Source: Candidatus Adlerbacteria bacterium (GTDB lineage Bacteria > Patescibacteriota > Minisyncoccia > Phycocordibacterales > SBAW01). From it: a DNA stretch of 64,000 nucleotides. A model generated the notes under the pieces. The model saw only the letters and a program-made list of their open reading frames with translations, searched no databases and had not been told where the DNA came from. A program made the position numbers and the translations under genes. Shown here one piece after another: positions 1-10,207 of this stretch. How positions within the stretch are numbered: position 1 is the first letter of the stretch; each line of letters opens with the position of its first letter. Where the stretch lies: contig PLCJ01000001.1 in assembly GCA_003135635.1 (NCBI GenBank), forward strand, positions 99,418-163,417, written 5' to 3'.

Positions 1-204
1 ACTGTAAATGGGTCAAATACCACCGGCCCCGACGCGCAGCAAGGTATTTTAACCTTGCTGCAAAATGGAAGTGGAGTCGGCACTGCGGTGCTTAACGTCA
101 GCGCACAAAATACAAATTCTGACCAGTTAGTACAAGCAGCAAGTGCCTCTCTTCAAATTCTTTTTGGACAAAACACCTCCAATACTTCTCTTTTTGGCTT
201 ATGA
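1..204 (+). CDS. 3' end of a secreted/surface protein (partial, runs off window start); Thr/Ser/Asn/Gln-rich
   Basis: Open frame from position 1 to TGA at 202-204; stop overlaps ATG of next gene (ATGA coupling). Confidence 0.4.
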   Translation, partial: TVNGSNTTGPDAQQGILTLLQNGSGVGTAVLNVSAQNTNSDQLVQAASASLQILFGQNTSNTSLFGL

Positions 205-1082
205 AAAAACCCTTGAACAGTTTTATATTTCTCGGAGTCATAGTAACAGTGATGACATTACTGGGCTCTTTTGCGCCCCTTATTGGGTACGCTCAAGGCT
301 CTCGCGCACAACCTGGGACTATTGATTCTTCCACCCCATATAGTCCTGCCACAACACCAAGCGGCTCTGGCACAACTCAAATCATATATACCCCCCTGGA
401 GCCTCTTACGACTACATTGGGGGGATTTGAAACTGGTAAACCTGGAGATTTCTCAAATCTTGTAAATGGTGTGTACAAACTTCTCATCGGACTTGGCGCC
501 ATACTTGCGGTTGTCACAATTGTTATCTACGGAATCTTATACATGACTTCGGAAGTAGCCAATACAAAAGCCATGGCAAAAACTCGCTTGCTAGGAGTAG
601 TGTATGGCCTGCTTATCCTTCTTGGTGCATGGATTATTCTTAACACTATCAATCCGCAGCTGGTCAAGGTTGGTTTGTTTCTACCAACTGTGACCTCCAC
701 GGCTTCGACAGGCACTACTGCATCCACTGCGTCTGTCCCATCTATAGCAAATAGTACGTGTGGTAACAACTACGATTATTTTTATATCTGTCCAAACCAT
801 GATGGTACTGTCTCTCAACAGAGTCAAGGTTTGAGTGAAAAGATATGTAACGCAAAACCTTCACAAGGAGGGTTGGGTGGTTATACTTCTTCCGCACACA
901 TATCGTGTGCGGAAGATAATAAGGCAACGGTTCCTATAATTGGCGGTATCAAAATCTTCGGTACTCCAATTCTTACGGGTAAGAATTATACTATTAATGG
1001 GGCCCTATCCCCTGGTTATAATTCATGTATAAATATTTTCACCACCGATGGGGGTTCAGAGGAATGCTTATACAATCAATAA
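201..1082 (+). CDS. Signal peptide + two-TM hairpin membrane protein with Cys-rich C-terminal domain (VirB2/TrbC-pilin-like topology); hypothetical
   Basis: N-terminal signal-like segment MKKPLNSFIFLGVIVTVMTLLGSFAPLIGYAQG; paired hydrophobic helices KLLIGLGAILAVVTIVIYGILYM ... LLGVVYGLLILLGAWIIL; Cys-rich tail. Confidence 0.45.
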   Translation: MKKPLNSFIFLGVIVTVMTLLGSFAPLIGYAQGSRAQPGTIDSSTPYSPATTPSGSGTTQIIYTPLEPLTTTLGGFETGKPGDFSNLVNGVYKLLIGLGAILAVVTIVIYGILYMTSEVANTKAMAKTRLLGVVYGLLILLGAWIILNTINPQLVKVGLFLPTVTSTASTGTTASTASVPSIANSTCGNNYDYFYICPNHDGTVSQQSQGLSEKICNAKPSQGGLGGYTSSAHISCAEDNKATVPIIGGIKIFGTPILTGKNYTINGALSPGYNSCINIFTTDGGSEECLYNQ

Positions 1083-1085
1083 TAT

Positions 1086-2333
1086 ATGTGGAAACATAAA
1101 AATATACTTTTCGCTACAGGTATATTGGTACTCCTAGTACTTGTGGGGGGTATCTGGTTTTTCTTTTTCCACAACAGTACGCTGCCTTCTTCATTAAACA
1201 TTTCAGGACTGTTTGGACAACCTGCAAACAACACAAACTCCTCAAGTGGGTCGACAACGACAACGGTTCCTAATAATCAGACGTTGATAGAAAATGGAAC
1301 AAGTGCTGTTTCAAAGATTTTTGAAATATCTAACGGACCAGTAACCAGCGCAACATTTATACAAACTTCCAACCCAACTACAACACTTGCCCGCTTCATG
1401 ACACAACAAGATGGACATGTGTTTGATCTACCGATTAATGTGTCGGGAGCTGTACTCCGTCCTGTCTCAGATATCACCATTCCTGGAACACAGCGTGCGC
1501 TATGGGTGCAAGGAGGAAGTGCTGTCGTGCTTCAGTATCTTGATAATCAAACAATTAAAACAGTGTACGAGGGCTTCCCCAAGACGGTGAGTGCCACTTC
1601 TTCTGCAGGAACAAGTCGTGTTCAATTTCTTCCGGATAACATCCTTGATATTGCAGCGTCTCCAGACGGAACACAGGTGGCCTACATTCTTAAAAACAAC
1701 AGCGGGGGGGTCAACGGATACATTGCACTTGCAGATGGTTCCGTACCAAAAAATATCTTTTCTATTCCGTTAACACAATTACTCATTACATGGCCAGCAC
1801 CAACAACCTTGTTGCTGCAAACAAAATCAGCCGCAGATACTGAAGGAGTAATATTTGCAGTCGGCACAAAAAGTGGAATTGTTTTGCCCTTGGTAGATGG
1901 AGCGGGGATTACTGCAATCGCAAATAAAGATTTAAGTGAGATCATATATCAAACGAGGCTCAGTGGTGAAAGTTATACACATATACATCAATTAGCAACA
2001 GGAAATGATATTCGGCTTCCTACGGATCCAATTCCAGAAAAATGCATCTGGGGCTCTATTGCAACAACGATGTTGTATTGTGCCAATCCAATTTCATATG
2101 TTTCTGCAGGTTATCTTGATTTCTGGCACCAAGGAACCGCAAGCACGGCGGACAACATTTTCGCATTTAGCATTCCCGCAGGATCTTCCGTGGTAGTCGC
2201 GGCTCCTGGTTCAACGGAAGACGGTGGCTCGCCAGCAGACATTGCCGGACTTGCAATATCTCTTGATAATAATTACCTTCTATACGTGACAAAAGGTGGT
2301 AGAAGCCTGTGGGGTGTGCGACTTACACAGTAG
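1086..2333 (+). CDS. N-terminally membrane-anchored extracytoplasmic protein, hypothetical
   Basis: Single N-terminal TM (ILFATGILVLLVLVGGIWFFFF), long Ser/Thr-rich ectodomain; 3 bp downstream of previous gene. Confidence 0.4.
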   Translation: MWKHKNILFATGILVLLVLVGGIWFFFFHNSTLPSSLNISGLFGQPANNTNSSSGSTTTTVPNNQTLIENGTSAVSKIFEISNGPVTSATFIQTSNPTTTLARFMTQQDGHVFDLPINVSGAVLRPVSDITIPGTQRALWVQGGSAVVLQYLDNQTIKTVYEGFPKTVSATSSAGTSRVQFLPDNILDIAASPDGTQVAYILKNNSGGVNGYIALADGSVPKNIFSIPLTQLLITWPAPTTLLLQTKSAADTEGVIFAVGTKSGIVLPLVDGAGITAIANKDLSEIIYQTRLSGESYTHIHQLATGNDIRLPTDPIPEKCIWGSIATTMLYCANPISYVSAGYLDFWHQGTASTADNIFAFSIPAGSSVVVAAPGSTEDGGSPADIAGLAISLDNNYLLYVTKGGRSLWGVRLTQ

Positions 2334-2790
2334 TGTGACTTTCTTGGCGATACTTTAAAACAACATGCCGGAACTTGCCGGTGCCTTGCGACTCCGTTTG
2401 AATTTCTGGATCTTCTGCAAACAGCTCGTGGATCACGAGGCGTTCATAAGAGGACATAGGGCTCATCTCCACATCGTGCTTAAACAGGCGCGCCCGTTGG
2501 GCGAGCATTTGCGCATTTGCACGAACTTGCTCCATTTGTTTTTCACGATAACCATTGACATCAATAAGAAAGTTTATCGCCTCCTCCCCATACTTTGTTT
2601 CAATAAGACGCCGTACGACAACATTTAATGCGCGCAAATGTTCTCCATCGGGGCCAATAAGTCGTTTTGAATCGGAAGTCGAAACATTTACTACAGTTCG
2701 CTGGCCAGTTATTAGGTCAATCGTATCCACTTCAATTCCAAGCGTTTGCAGAAGTTGAGTTACCAGTTGTGTAAGCGTGTCGGCCTGCAT
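2323..2790 (-). CDS. khpB: Jag/KhpB RNA-binding protein (KH + R3H domains)
   Basis: R3H motif region RLVIHELFAEDPEIQ...; KH-like segment; position immediately downstream of yidC as in the conserved rnpA-yidC-jag cluster. Confidence 0.75.
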   Translation of the reverse strand: MQADTLTQLVTQLLQTLGIEVDTIDLITGQRTVVNVSTSDSKRLIGPDGEHLRALNVVVRRLIETKYGEEAINFLIDVNGYREKQMEQVRANAQMLAQRARLFKHDVEMSPMSSYERLVIHELFAEDPEIQTESQGTGKFRHVVLKYRQESHTTV

Positions 2791-2830
2791 GCGGCCTACG
2801 ATACCTCAAAGAAGCGGGCCTTTCAAGGCT

Positions 2831-3544
2831 TTACTTTTTGGTCATATGCTGACGAATGACTAATTCCTGACCCATAGACACGATATTGCCGGTTATAAAA
2901 TAGAGGCCGACCGCAGCAGGAAAAGAAAAAGCAAGAACACCGAGCACTGCGGGCATAGCGTAGAGCATGCTCGTGCGTTGCATGCGCTGTGTCGCTTCTT
3001 GTTCTTTGGAGAGTTTTTGGGGTACCGTTGCACTGCGGATGAGGGAAAGTTGAATGGCTCCGTATTGCGTTACTGCCACGAGAAACGCGAGCACTATATT
3101 ATGAATGCCGAGAAGATTTACGATTCCCAAAAAAACAACCGTTACTGTTATGGGGGCATGCACAAAGGAATACAGAAGCTGCGTGTCAATGTGTGGCAAC
3201 CCTTCTCTAAAGAGAGCAAAGTAGAGAGCAAAAAAGACCGGAATTTGTACTATAATCGCCAGAAGACCCCCAAATGGACTAATTTTTTTCTCTTTAAAGA
3301 GTGCCCCGGTACGTTTGGCACGTTCTTCGGGATTATCTTTGTAGACCTTATTTATTTCTGCTAATTCTCCCTGCACTGCCTGCATGCCCATCTGGGTCTT
3401 GATGGAAGCAGAAAAGGCCGGATAAAAAAGGATGCGAATGCCAAGCGTCAATATAATAATGGCCCAGCCGACATTGCCATTGGTAATGCCAATCAAGAAA
3501 ATAAAAACGTTATAGATTGGATTTATGAGAATTGTTTGGAACAT
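2831..3544 (-). CDS. yidC: Membrane protein insertase YidC/Oxa1 (short form)
   Basis: Multi-TM protein with YidC-like conserved segments (GWAIIILTLGIRILFYP, GGLLAIIVQIPVFFALYFAL); synteny with rnpA/rpmH. Confidence 0.8.
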   Translation of the reverse strand: MFQTILINPIYNVFIFLIGITNGNVGWAIIILTLGIRILFYPAFSASIKTQMGMQAVQGELAEINKVYKDNPEERAKRTGALFKEKKISPFGGLLAIIVQIPVFFALYFALFREGLPHIDTQLLYSFVHAPITVTVVFLGIVNLLGIHNIVLAFLVAVTQYGAIQLSLIRSATVPQKLSKEQEATQRMQRTSMLYAMPAVLGVLAFSFPAAVGLYFITGNIVSMGQELVIRQHMTKK

Positions 3545-3846
3545 ACAGTTTGCAAATCATTGATAAAGGCAGTTATGTGCGGCCGCGGAGGAATTTTCTT
3601 AATAAAGAACACTGCTTGAACTTCTGAGGTGAGCGAAAGGTTTTGCAGAGCAGTGTACAAAGAGCGTCGAAGTCGGTGGCGCATCACCGCAGTTTTGGCA
3701 AGTTTTTTAGACACGACGGCCGCACTACGAAACCCGCCCGACTTTGTAATATAGCGCAAAGAGAGATACTGCCCCTTAAGAGAACGACCGGTGGCAATAA
3801 CGTTAAGAACTTCATTTGATCGTAGTCGACGACTATGAGAGAGCAT
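3523..3846 (-). CDS. rnpA: Ribonuclease P protein component
   Basis: Basic small protein following rpmH; RnpA-like sequence MLSHSRRLRSNEV...; start taken at internal Met (ORF as given extends into rpmH). Confidence 0.7.
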   Translation of the reverse strand: MLSHSRRLRSNEVLNVIATGRSLKGQYLSLRYITKSGGFRSAAVVSKKLAKTAVMRHRLRRSLYTALQNLSLTSEVQAVFFIKKIPPRPHITAFINDLQTVCSKQFS

Positions 3847-3853
3847 ATCCAGC

Positions 3854-4006
3854 TCAAGAACGTTTTCTACTCCCCACAGCGAGACGAGTGCGGCCTTTAC
3901 GCGCACGACGTTTCAGTATTTGGCGTCCACCTGGAGTTCTGCTTCTCTTTAAAAATCCGTGAGTTCGAGCACGTTTGCGCTTTTTTGGTTGATACGTTTG
4001 AGACAT
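3854..4006 (-). CDS. rpmH: 50S ribosomal protein L34
   Basis: [44 protein letters not shown] - near-canonical L34 sequence; 50 aa. Confidence 0.9.
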   Translation of the reverse strand: MSQTYQPKKRKRARTHGFLKRSRTPGGRQILKRRARKGRTRLAVGSRKRS

Positions 4007-4127
4007 AGAGGTGTAATAGTACCCGGTTGCACCAATATAGCCTATCAACAAGTTCTCCACAACTTCTGCACATGTTTGTACATTTTGACACCTGCTCGCC
4101 GCTGCAATATCCTGTGAGGTACCTTCT

Positions 4128-5468
4128 ATGACCACCACGAAAGACCTTTGGGAAAACACTCTCGTTGAACTTGAACTCACTATTTCTCCACCTAATTTCA
4201 ATACTTGGTTTCGAGACACCCATATCGTTCGCGTAGAGGACAATACCGTGTATCTTGGGGTGCCGAGTCAGTTTGCCCGCGATTGGCTTTCGCGCAAGTT
4301 TCATAAGGATATTTTACGCTCGCTGCGCGGACTCTCTGAGAACGTGCGCTCTATTGAATATATAATTTCCCGCGGCACTAAAAAGACTCCGGAGGAGATT
4401 GTTTCTACCCCCGCTGCTCCCTCAGAGCTCCCGCTTGAGGCGGTGCACACAAAAAGTAATCTAAATCCTCGCTTCACTCTTTCGAGTTTTGTCGTGGGAC
4501 CTTTTAACGAACTCGCCCACGCCGCAGCCCAAGCAGTGATACGAAAACCAGGTATTGCGTACAACCCTCTCCTCATATACGGTCCTACGGGGCTCGGCAA
4601 AACGCATCTCATTCAAGCAATAGGAAATCACTTTCGCGTACACGCGCCCGACAGAAAGGTGTTTTACATGACCTCTGAAAAATTTTCTATGGATTACGTC
4701 TCAGCGCTTCAGGCAGGAAAAGTCCATAGTTTTAAAGAGCGATACCGACAGTATGATCTCCTGGTCATGGATGATGTGCAATTTCTTGCAGGCCGCGACA
4801 AGATAAAAGAGGAGTTCTTCCATCTCTTTAATTATCTCTATGACGGTAATAAGCAATTAGTATTTACTTCGGATCAACATCCAAATTTTATTCAGCAACT
4901 GGAAGACCGCATCAAATCGCGCCTGAGTGCCGGTATGATCGTTTCTATAACCCCACCGGATCACCAATCGCGTTTGGCAATTGTTCGAGCAAAAGCGGCG
5001 GTACACAAAGTCGTGCTTTCTGATGAAATTCTCGATTATTTAGCAGCAACAGTTGAAGGAAATGTGCGTGAGTTGGAAGGGGCTCTTAATCTTCTTCTCA
5101 TTCAATTTGAAATGCGAGAAGGACCACTCACACTTGCCGACACAAAGAATATTTTGCGAACCGCCGCGGGGACAGCAAAAAAAGCAGTGTCAGTAGGAGA
5201 GGTAGTAAAAATAATTGCAAATTTTTATGGCATAGAAGAGACGAGTATTTATGAAAAAACGAGACGCAAAGAGGTTGTGCGGCCGCGACAAGTGATTATG
5301 TTTCTCCTGCGTGATGATTTTCACCTCTCATTTCCTGCGATAGGGGACAAGATGGGCGGTCGTGATCATACAACAGTTATTCACTCTTGTGACAAAATAA
5401 AAAATGAGCTTCTTTCAGATAGTATCCTTAACCAAGAGATTAGCCAGATTCGTCTGATGTTGAAATGA
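4128..5468 (+). CDS. dnaA: Chromosomal replication initiator DnaA
   Basis: Walker [11 protein letters not shown], Walker [12 protein letters not shown]-terminal DnaA-box binding domain ([11 protein letters not shown]); divergent from rpmH. Confidence 0.95.
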   Translation: MTTTKDLWENTLVELELTISPPNFNTWFRDTHIVRVEDNTVYLGVPSQFARDWLSRKFHKDILRSLRGLSENVRSIEYIISRGTKKTPEEIVSTPAAPSELPLEAVHTKSNLNPRFTLSSFVVGPFNELAHAAAQAVIRKPGIAYNPLLIYGPTGLGKTHLIQAIGNHFRVHAPDRKVFYMTSEKFSMDYVSALQAGKVHSFKERYRQYDLLVMDDVQFLAGRDKIKEEFFHLFNYLYDGNKQLVFTSDQHPNFIQQLEDRIKSRLSAGMIVSITPPDHQSRLAIVRAKAAVHKVVLSDEILDYLAATVEGNVRELEGALNLLLIQFEMREGPLTLADTKNILRTAAGTAKKAVSVGEVVKIIANFYGIEETSIYEKTRRKEVVRPRQVIMFLLRDDFHLSFPAIGDKMGGRDHTTVIHSCDKIKNELLSDSILNQEISQIRLMLK

Positions 5469-5675
5469 TGGGGAAAAGAGCACAACAGTCTGTGGAAAGT
5501 ATGCACCAATTATCTGTTAGTAATATAGTTTTTGACTCTTATACACACTGTACTATTGTTATCCCCGCAGCGCTTCGGATAAATACCTCAAGAGAGACCT
5601 ACATAAAAATGACATATCCACCAATCCACAGCACTAGTAATAGTAATAGAGTATAAATAGATACCTATACACACT
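5469..5675. promoter_or_regulatory. Putative oriC segment with DnaA-box-like 9-mers (dnaA-dnaN intergenic)
   Basis: TTATACACA (5539-5547), CTATACACA (5666-5674), TTATCCCCG (5559-5567), AATCCACA (5623-5630) resembling the DnaA-box consensus TTATCCACA; AT-rich stretch; additional box TTCTCCACA at 4053-4061 upstream of dnaA. Confidence 0.45.
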
Positions 5676-6773
5676 ATGCGATTTGAAACTCCCACCGAAC
5701 AATTTCATAACGCAGTATCTATAGCTGCTCGGTTTGCTGAGAGGCGAGCAAACCTCTCCGCGCTTGCAGGTATTCTTATTGCTGCAGAAAATGGAAGAAT
5801 TCTTCTACGAGCTACTAATCTGGAATGCGGTGTTGAAATCAGCCTACCGGCAAAAGTGACTGAAGGAGGAGTGGTGGCTATTCCAGCACATACGCTTCAG
5901 GGGTTTATCTCTAATGTTCGTGGTAAGTCGGTATCTGTGGCTCACGTTGGTGAAGTAGTTCGTGTAGAAACTGATCGAGCGGTTGCTTCAATAAAAACTC
6001 TACCCGCAGATGACTTTCCTATTTTGCCACGAGTATCTGCCTCAACAGTATTTACCATTAAATCAAACGATCTCACCCGTGTGATTCGCAGCGTTGCGTT
6101 TTGTGCTGCAACATCAACTATTAAGCCGGAGCTACAAAGCATATTACTCTTTGCCGATGCAGGGAAGCTCAGCGCTGTAGCGACAGACTCTTTTCGTCTT
6201 GCAGAAAAAACTGCTTCCTTGCGCTCTGGTGGTAGTGTGCCACACCTTCTCCTTCCCGCACGAAACGCGGTGGAGTTTATGCGCATTCTTGAAACATACC
6301 AGGGCGATATTGATGTGTATTACAACGAAAATCAAATTTCAGCACACATTAACACAATCTATTTCACAAGTCGTCTTGTTGATGGATCTTTTCCTAATTA
6401 CCGACAAATTATTCCTGCCTCCTTTAGCACGGAGGCCGTAGTATTACGGGAAGACTTTTCTCAGGCGCTCAAATCGCTTTCTATCTTTAGTGATAAATTT
6501 TTCCACATGTCCTTTGCAATAGAACCTAGCAAAAAAGCACTTATTCTTTCTTCGCACAATCCTGATGTTGGTGAGCAAACATCAACAATACATGCAGCTA
6601 TTTCCGGAGAGGCGGTCACGATGTCATTTAATAGTCGTTATCTTGCCGACAGCCTACAAGCAATTAGTGGCGAAAGTATCCGCATACTTTCAAACGGGAT
6701 GGGGAAAGCAATTCTTATTAAAGATGCGGCAGATGAATCATTTCTCTATCTCGCGATGCCCATGAACCGTTAA
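5676..6773 (+). CDS. dnaN: DNA polymerase III beta sliding clamp
   Basis: 365 aa, three-domain clamp-like sequence directly after dnaA. Confidence 0.9.
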   Translation: MRFETPTEQFHNAVSIAARFAERRANLSALAGILIAAENGRILLRATNLECGVEISLPAKVTEGGVVAIPAHTLQGFISNVRGKSVSVAHVGEVVRVETDRAVASIKTLPADDFPILPRVSASTVFTIKSNDLTRVIRSVAFCAATSTIKPELQSILLFADAGKLSAVATDSFRLAEKTASLRSGGSVPHLLLPARNAVEFMRILETYQGDIDVYYNENQISAHINTIYFTSRLVDGSFPNYRQIIPASFSTEAVVLREDFSQALKSLSIFSDKFFHMSFAIEPSKKALILSSHNPDVGEQTSTIHAAISGEAVTMSFNSRYLADSLQAISGESIRILSNGMGKAILIKDAADESFLYLAMPMNR

Positions 6774-8929
6774 ACGGGCGGGGCTCCGATAGGACTCGTT
6801 GTTGGGACTCCTTGAGGACCATTAAATCCGTTCTGTATTCCCCACTGCACAACCGGAGGGTCCCACAGGCGAAATTCCGGATCACTAGAAGGGTTTGTGA
6901 GAGGTGGTCCATTGGGATTATTTTTGTTCACCCAGTAGAGAATCTCATGGAGATAGCCATCAGCACCCGGTATTTGCCAATCTCCTTGTAATATAGGCTT
7001 GAGTCCTGTCGTAGTGGCCGTATCGTTTCTTACGAAAGAAACGTTTGGAAGTGTGTTTATCGCATAATCCATAAATTCGTGCCACATGGGACCCACAATA
7101 AAGCCAGACACTTTTTTTACCATGGGGCTATTATCGTTATTACCTGCCCAGACACCCACTACTAGGTTCGGGGTGTAGCCAATGGTCCAAGCATCACGAT
7201 AATTATTGGTGGTACCGGTTTTAACGGCAACGTCGTGGCCCGGGAAACTTAAAAATCCATTTTCACCAAGCGGTGCGCGCGCAACTGCATCGGAAAGTAT
7301 GTTATTGATACTTTCTGCAATCGAGTTTTGCAGTATAGGGGTTCCTTCTACTTGCGTATTGTCCTCGATGGCATTGCCATTTTGATCTTCGACCTTAAGC
7401 ACGGCGATAGGAGCGTAGTGCGTGCCATTAGTCGCAAACGTGTCATACGCACCCACCATATCAAGGAGTGTCACTTCGCCACCACCAAGCACCAAGGTGA
7501 GGCCATACTGGCCTGGGTCGCCCAAAGTCTCCACACCCATGCTTTTGGCAAGCGTTAGTGTGTCACTAATGCCAGCAAGGTAGAGCACTTTGACCGAGGG
7601 CACATTTATTGATTGGGCAAGAGCGTCGCGAAGGGTCATAGGTCCACGAAATTTATTATCATAATTAGTCGGAGAATAGCAGTTAGGTTGGCCGGGTGTA
7701 AAATCATTTGCTGCACAGTTAGTTGAGAACTGTGTGGGGACGTCAAATACTACCGTATCGGGTGTATAACCTTTTATAAACGCTTCGGCATAGGCAAACG
7801 GTTTGAACGACGAACCGGGCTGGCGCGATGCCAAGGTGACATTGTAATTGCCATCAATAGTAGTATCAAAATAGTTGCGCGAGCCGACCATCGCAAGTAT
7901 CTGTCCCGTATTGGGGTCAAGAGCCACAAGACCGGCGTTTGATGCATTGAATGTTTTTGCGTTTGAGAGGGCCCATTTTTGTACGATTGCTTGTGCTTGT
8001 GTCTGCATATCGGCATTAAGAGTGGTAATAACCTTCCACCCACCATGCTGAAGCACATCAATTCCATATTTATTTTCTAGATACTGTTGGACATAAAAAA
8101 CAAAATGCGGAGCGAGAATAGAAGTCGTTTGCAGCGGCTGAAAGACCACTTGTTCGCTCTGCGCTACTGTCAGCTGCTCTTGGGTGATATAGCCGTATGC
8201 AAACATTTTTTGCAGCACCAGATTCTTACGGGCATCCAGGTCACTCCTGTGATTCCCATAGGGAGAGTAGTATGTCGGAGCAGGGAGCACGGCCGCTAAA
8301 TATGCCGCCTGGGCGAGGTCGACATCGCTTGCATGAGTATTAAAAAAAGTTTCTGATGCCTGTTCCACTCCGTAAATATTTCCCCCATAGGGTGATTGGT
8401 TGAGATAAATCTCCAAAATCTGATCTTTAGAGAGCGAACGCGTGAGTTTAAGCGCCAATACCCATTCCTTCAATTTGCGCGTAATACTTTTGTCATTAGA
8501 GAGGATGGTTTCTTTGACGACTTGCTGGGTAAGGGTGGAACCGCCCTGTACCGACCCGCCATGAAGAACATCCGCCAGGAATGCGCGGATAATTGAGGTT
8601 GGTCGAATGCCGCTATTTTCATAAAACGTAGCATCTTCTATGGCAATAGTCGCATCCTGGATGTTTGGAGAAATTTGGGATAGCGGCACTACGGTGCGGC
8701 GCGTATCATTATTAAGATCATACAGAAGGACCGTGCCCGTGCGATCATATATATTTACTGATTGTTCTACTACTCGGTTTTCAAGCGAGGACAGGTCGGG
8801 GAGTTGTAGTGTCGAGGCCCACAACAAAAAAATTCCTGCTAGAGCGAAAAACCCTCCTCCTATCCAGAGCAGAGTTGTTTTCCAGTGTTTTTTTATGGAG
8901 CGTAGAAACTGCTTTTTTGAGAAGCGCAT
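6770..8929 (-). CDS. Class A penicillin-binding protein (PBP1a; glycosyltransferase + transpeptidase) with Pro/Asn/Gly-rich C-terminal tail
   Basis: GT51 motifs (IAIEDATFYEN, GGSTLTQQ), transpeptidase SxxK (SSFKPF) and KTG (KTGTT); start placed at internal MRFSKK preceding the TM helix. Confidence 0.85.
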   Translation of the reverse strand: MRFSKKQFLRSIKKHWKTTLLWIGGGFFALAGIFLLWASTLQLPDLSSLENRVVEQSVNIYDRTGTVLLYDLNNDTRRTVVPLSQISPNIQDATIAIEDATFYENSGIRPTSIIRAFLADVLHGGSVQGGSTLTQQVVKETILSNDKSITRKLKEWVLALKLTRSLSKDQILEIYLNQSPYGGNIYGVEQASETFFNTHASDVDLAQAAYLAAVLPAPTYYSPYGNHRSDLDARKNLVLQKMFAYGYITQEQLTVAQSEQVVFQPLQTTSILAPHFVFYVQQYLENKYGIDVLQHGGWKVITTLNADMQTQAQAIVQKWALSNAKTFNASNAGLVALDPNTGQILAMVGSRNYFDTTIDGNYNVTLASRQPGSSFKPFAYAEAFIKGYTPDTVVFDVPTQFSTNCAANDFTPGQPNCYSPTNYDNKFRGPMTLRDALAQSINVPSVKVLYLAGISDTLTLAKSMGVETLGDPGQYGLTLVLGGGEVTLLDMVGAYDTFATNGTHYAPIAVLKVEDQNGNAIEDNTQVEGTPILQNSIAESINNILSDAVARAPLGENGFLSFPGHDVAVKTGTTNNYRDAWTIGYTPNLVVGVWAGNNDNSPMVKKVSGFIVGPMWHEFMDYAINTLPNVSFVRNDTATTTGLKPILQGDWQIPGADGYLHEILYWVNKNNPNGPPLTNPSSDPEFRLWDPPVVQWGIQNGFNGPQGVPTTSPIGAPPV

Positions 8930-8954
8930 GCGGCGATTATAACACCGTGTTAGA

Positions 8955-10181
8955 GTGTCTGGTATGGGATTTTTGCCTACGTCAAAAGTATCAACTGACG
9001 AGGTGGTTATTGAGGAAATACTTACCAGAAGTATTGCAAGCGTTCTTCCTTCCAAAGAAGAACTGAGAATCCTCTTGCGCCAAGGGAAGCACCTGCGTAT
9101 CTATCTTGGTGTTGATGCGACTGGGGCGCAGCTCCACCTGGGGCACGCGACAAATTTTCTTCTTCTTGAAAAACTACGTATGCTCGGACATGAAATTATT
9201 ATTTTGTTTGGTGATTTTACCGCTCGTATCGGTGATCCTACGAACAAAGAGGCAGTACGACGTCAACTTTCTATGGAGGAGGTTGAGAGAAATATTTCAG
9301 ACTGGAAGACACAAGTTTCAAAAGTAATTCGTTTTTCGGGAACAAATCCTGCAAAAATCTTGCGCAATAGCGTGTGGCTTTCAAAACTTACCACCAACGA
9401 GCTCGTTGATATCGCCGCTATTTTTACGCTGCAGCAGATGGTGGAGCGGGATATGTTTGAAAATCGGATCAAAGAGGGGAAGCCCATATACCTGCACGAG
9501 TTTCTCTATCCGCTGCTGCAAGGATATGACAGTGTTGCCATGGATGTAGACGTGGAAGTGGGAGGAAGCGACCAGACCTTCAACATGCTTATGGGTCGAA
9601 CTCTGCAAAAAAAATATCACCACAAAAATAAATTTGTCATTGCAACAACTCTTCTTGAAGATCCACGCACTGGCAAAAAACTCATGAGCAAAAGTGAAGG
9701 ATCCTACATTGCCCTTAACGACGCTCCAAGCGAGATGTTTGGTAAAACCATGGCGCTTCCGGATGGGGTGGTCAGGCAAATGTTTATCGACACCACACTG
9801 TTGCCCATGACTGAAATAGAGGCAGTACTGCAGGGTCATCCAAAAGACGCCAAGATGCGTCTTGCCCGCGAAATTGTCACGCTCTATCACGACAAAGATG
9901 CTGCTAAGAAAGCTGAAGAAAACTTTTCCTCAACTTTTAGTGAGGGAGAAATACCTGAAGGTATACAAACAATTGAGGTAGAGAAAAACACCACTCTTTT
10001 CAGTGTGCTCATTGAGCAGAAATTGATTTCTTCTCGTTCTGATTTTTCTCGGCTACTTCAGCAAGGCGCGATTAAAGATCTAAGTACTGGAGAGAAACTC
10101 AAAGATCATAATTTTATTATAGAAAGAGAGATCACACTACGCATCGGCAAACATCGGTTTCTAAAGATTATGGTCAACTGA
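8955..10181 (+). CDS. tyrS: Tyrosyl-tRNA synthetase
   Basis: HIGH-type motif HLGH, GDFTARIGDPT, KMSKS (KLMSKS), C-terminal S4-like domain; GTG start at 8955 (ATG alternative at 8964). Confidence 0.85.
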   Translation: MSGMGFLPTSKVSTDEVVIEEILTRSIASVLPSKEELRILLRQGKHLRIYLGVDATGAQLHLGHATNFLLLEKLRMLGHEIIILFGDFTARIGDPTNKEAVRRQLSMEEVERNISDWKTQVSKVIRFSGTNPAKILRNSVWLSKLTTNELVDIAAIFTLQQMVERDMFENRIKEGKPIYLHEFLYPLLQGYDSVAMDVDVEVGGSDQTFNMLMGRTLQKKYHHKNKFVIATTLLEDPRTGKKLMSKSEGSYIALNDAPSEMFGKTMALPDGVVRQMFIDTTLLPMTEIEAVLQGHPKDAKMRLAREIVTLYHDKDAAKKAEENFSSTFSEGEIPEGIQTIEVEKNTTLFSVLIEQKLISSRSDFSRLLQQGAIKDLSTGEKLKDHNFIIEREITLRIGKHRFLKIMVN

Positions 10182-10207
10182 AAACTCGCCCGCGGGCGAG
10201 TTTTCTT
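10182..10207. terminator. Bidirectional rho-independent terminator between tyrS and the ruvC operon
   Basis: aaaaCTCGCCCGCGGGCGAGtttt palindromic GC hairpin flanked by A-run and T-run. Confidence 0.6.

Noticed and set aside
527-927. Minus-strand ORFs (80 and 61 aa) inside gene 201-1082; similar antisense ORFs inside tyrS (9381-9890), dnaN (5942-6286), polA (15356-16056), pilB, ileS etc.
   Set aside because: Embedded in confidently assigned genes on the opposite strand, with no motifs. Typical of mid-GC sequence.
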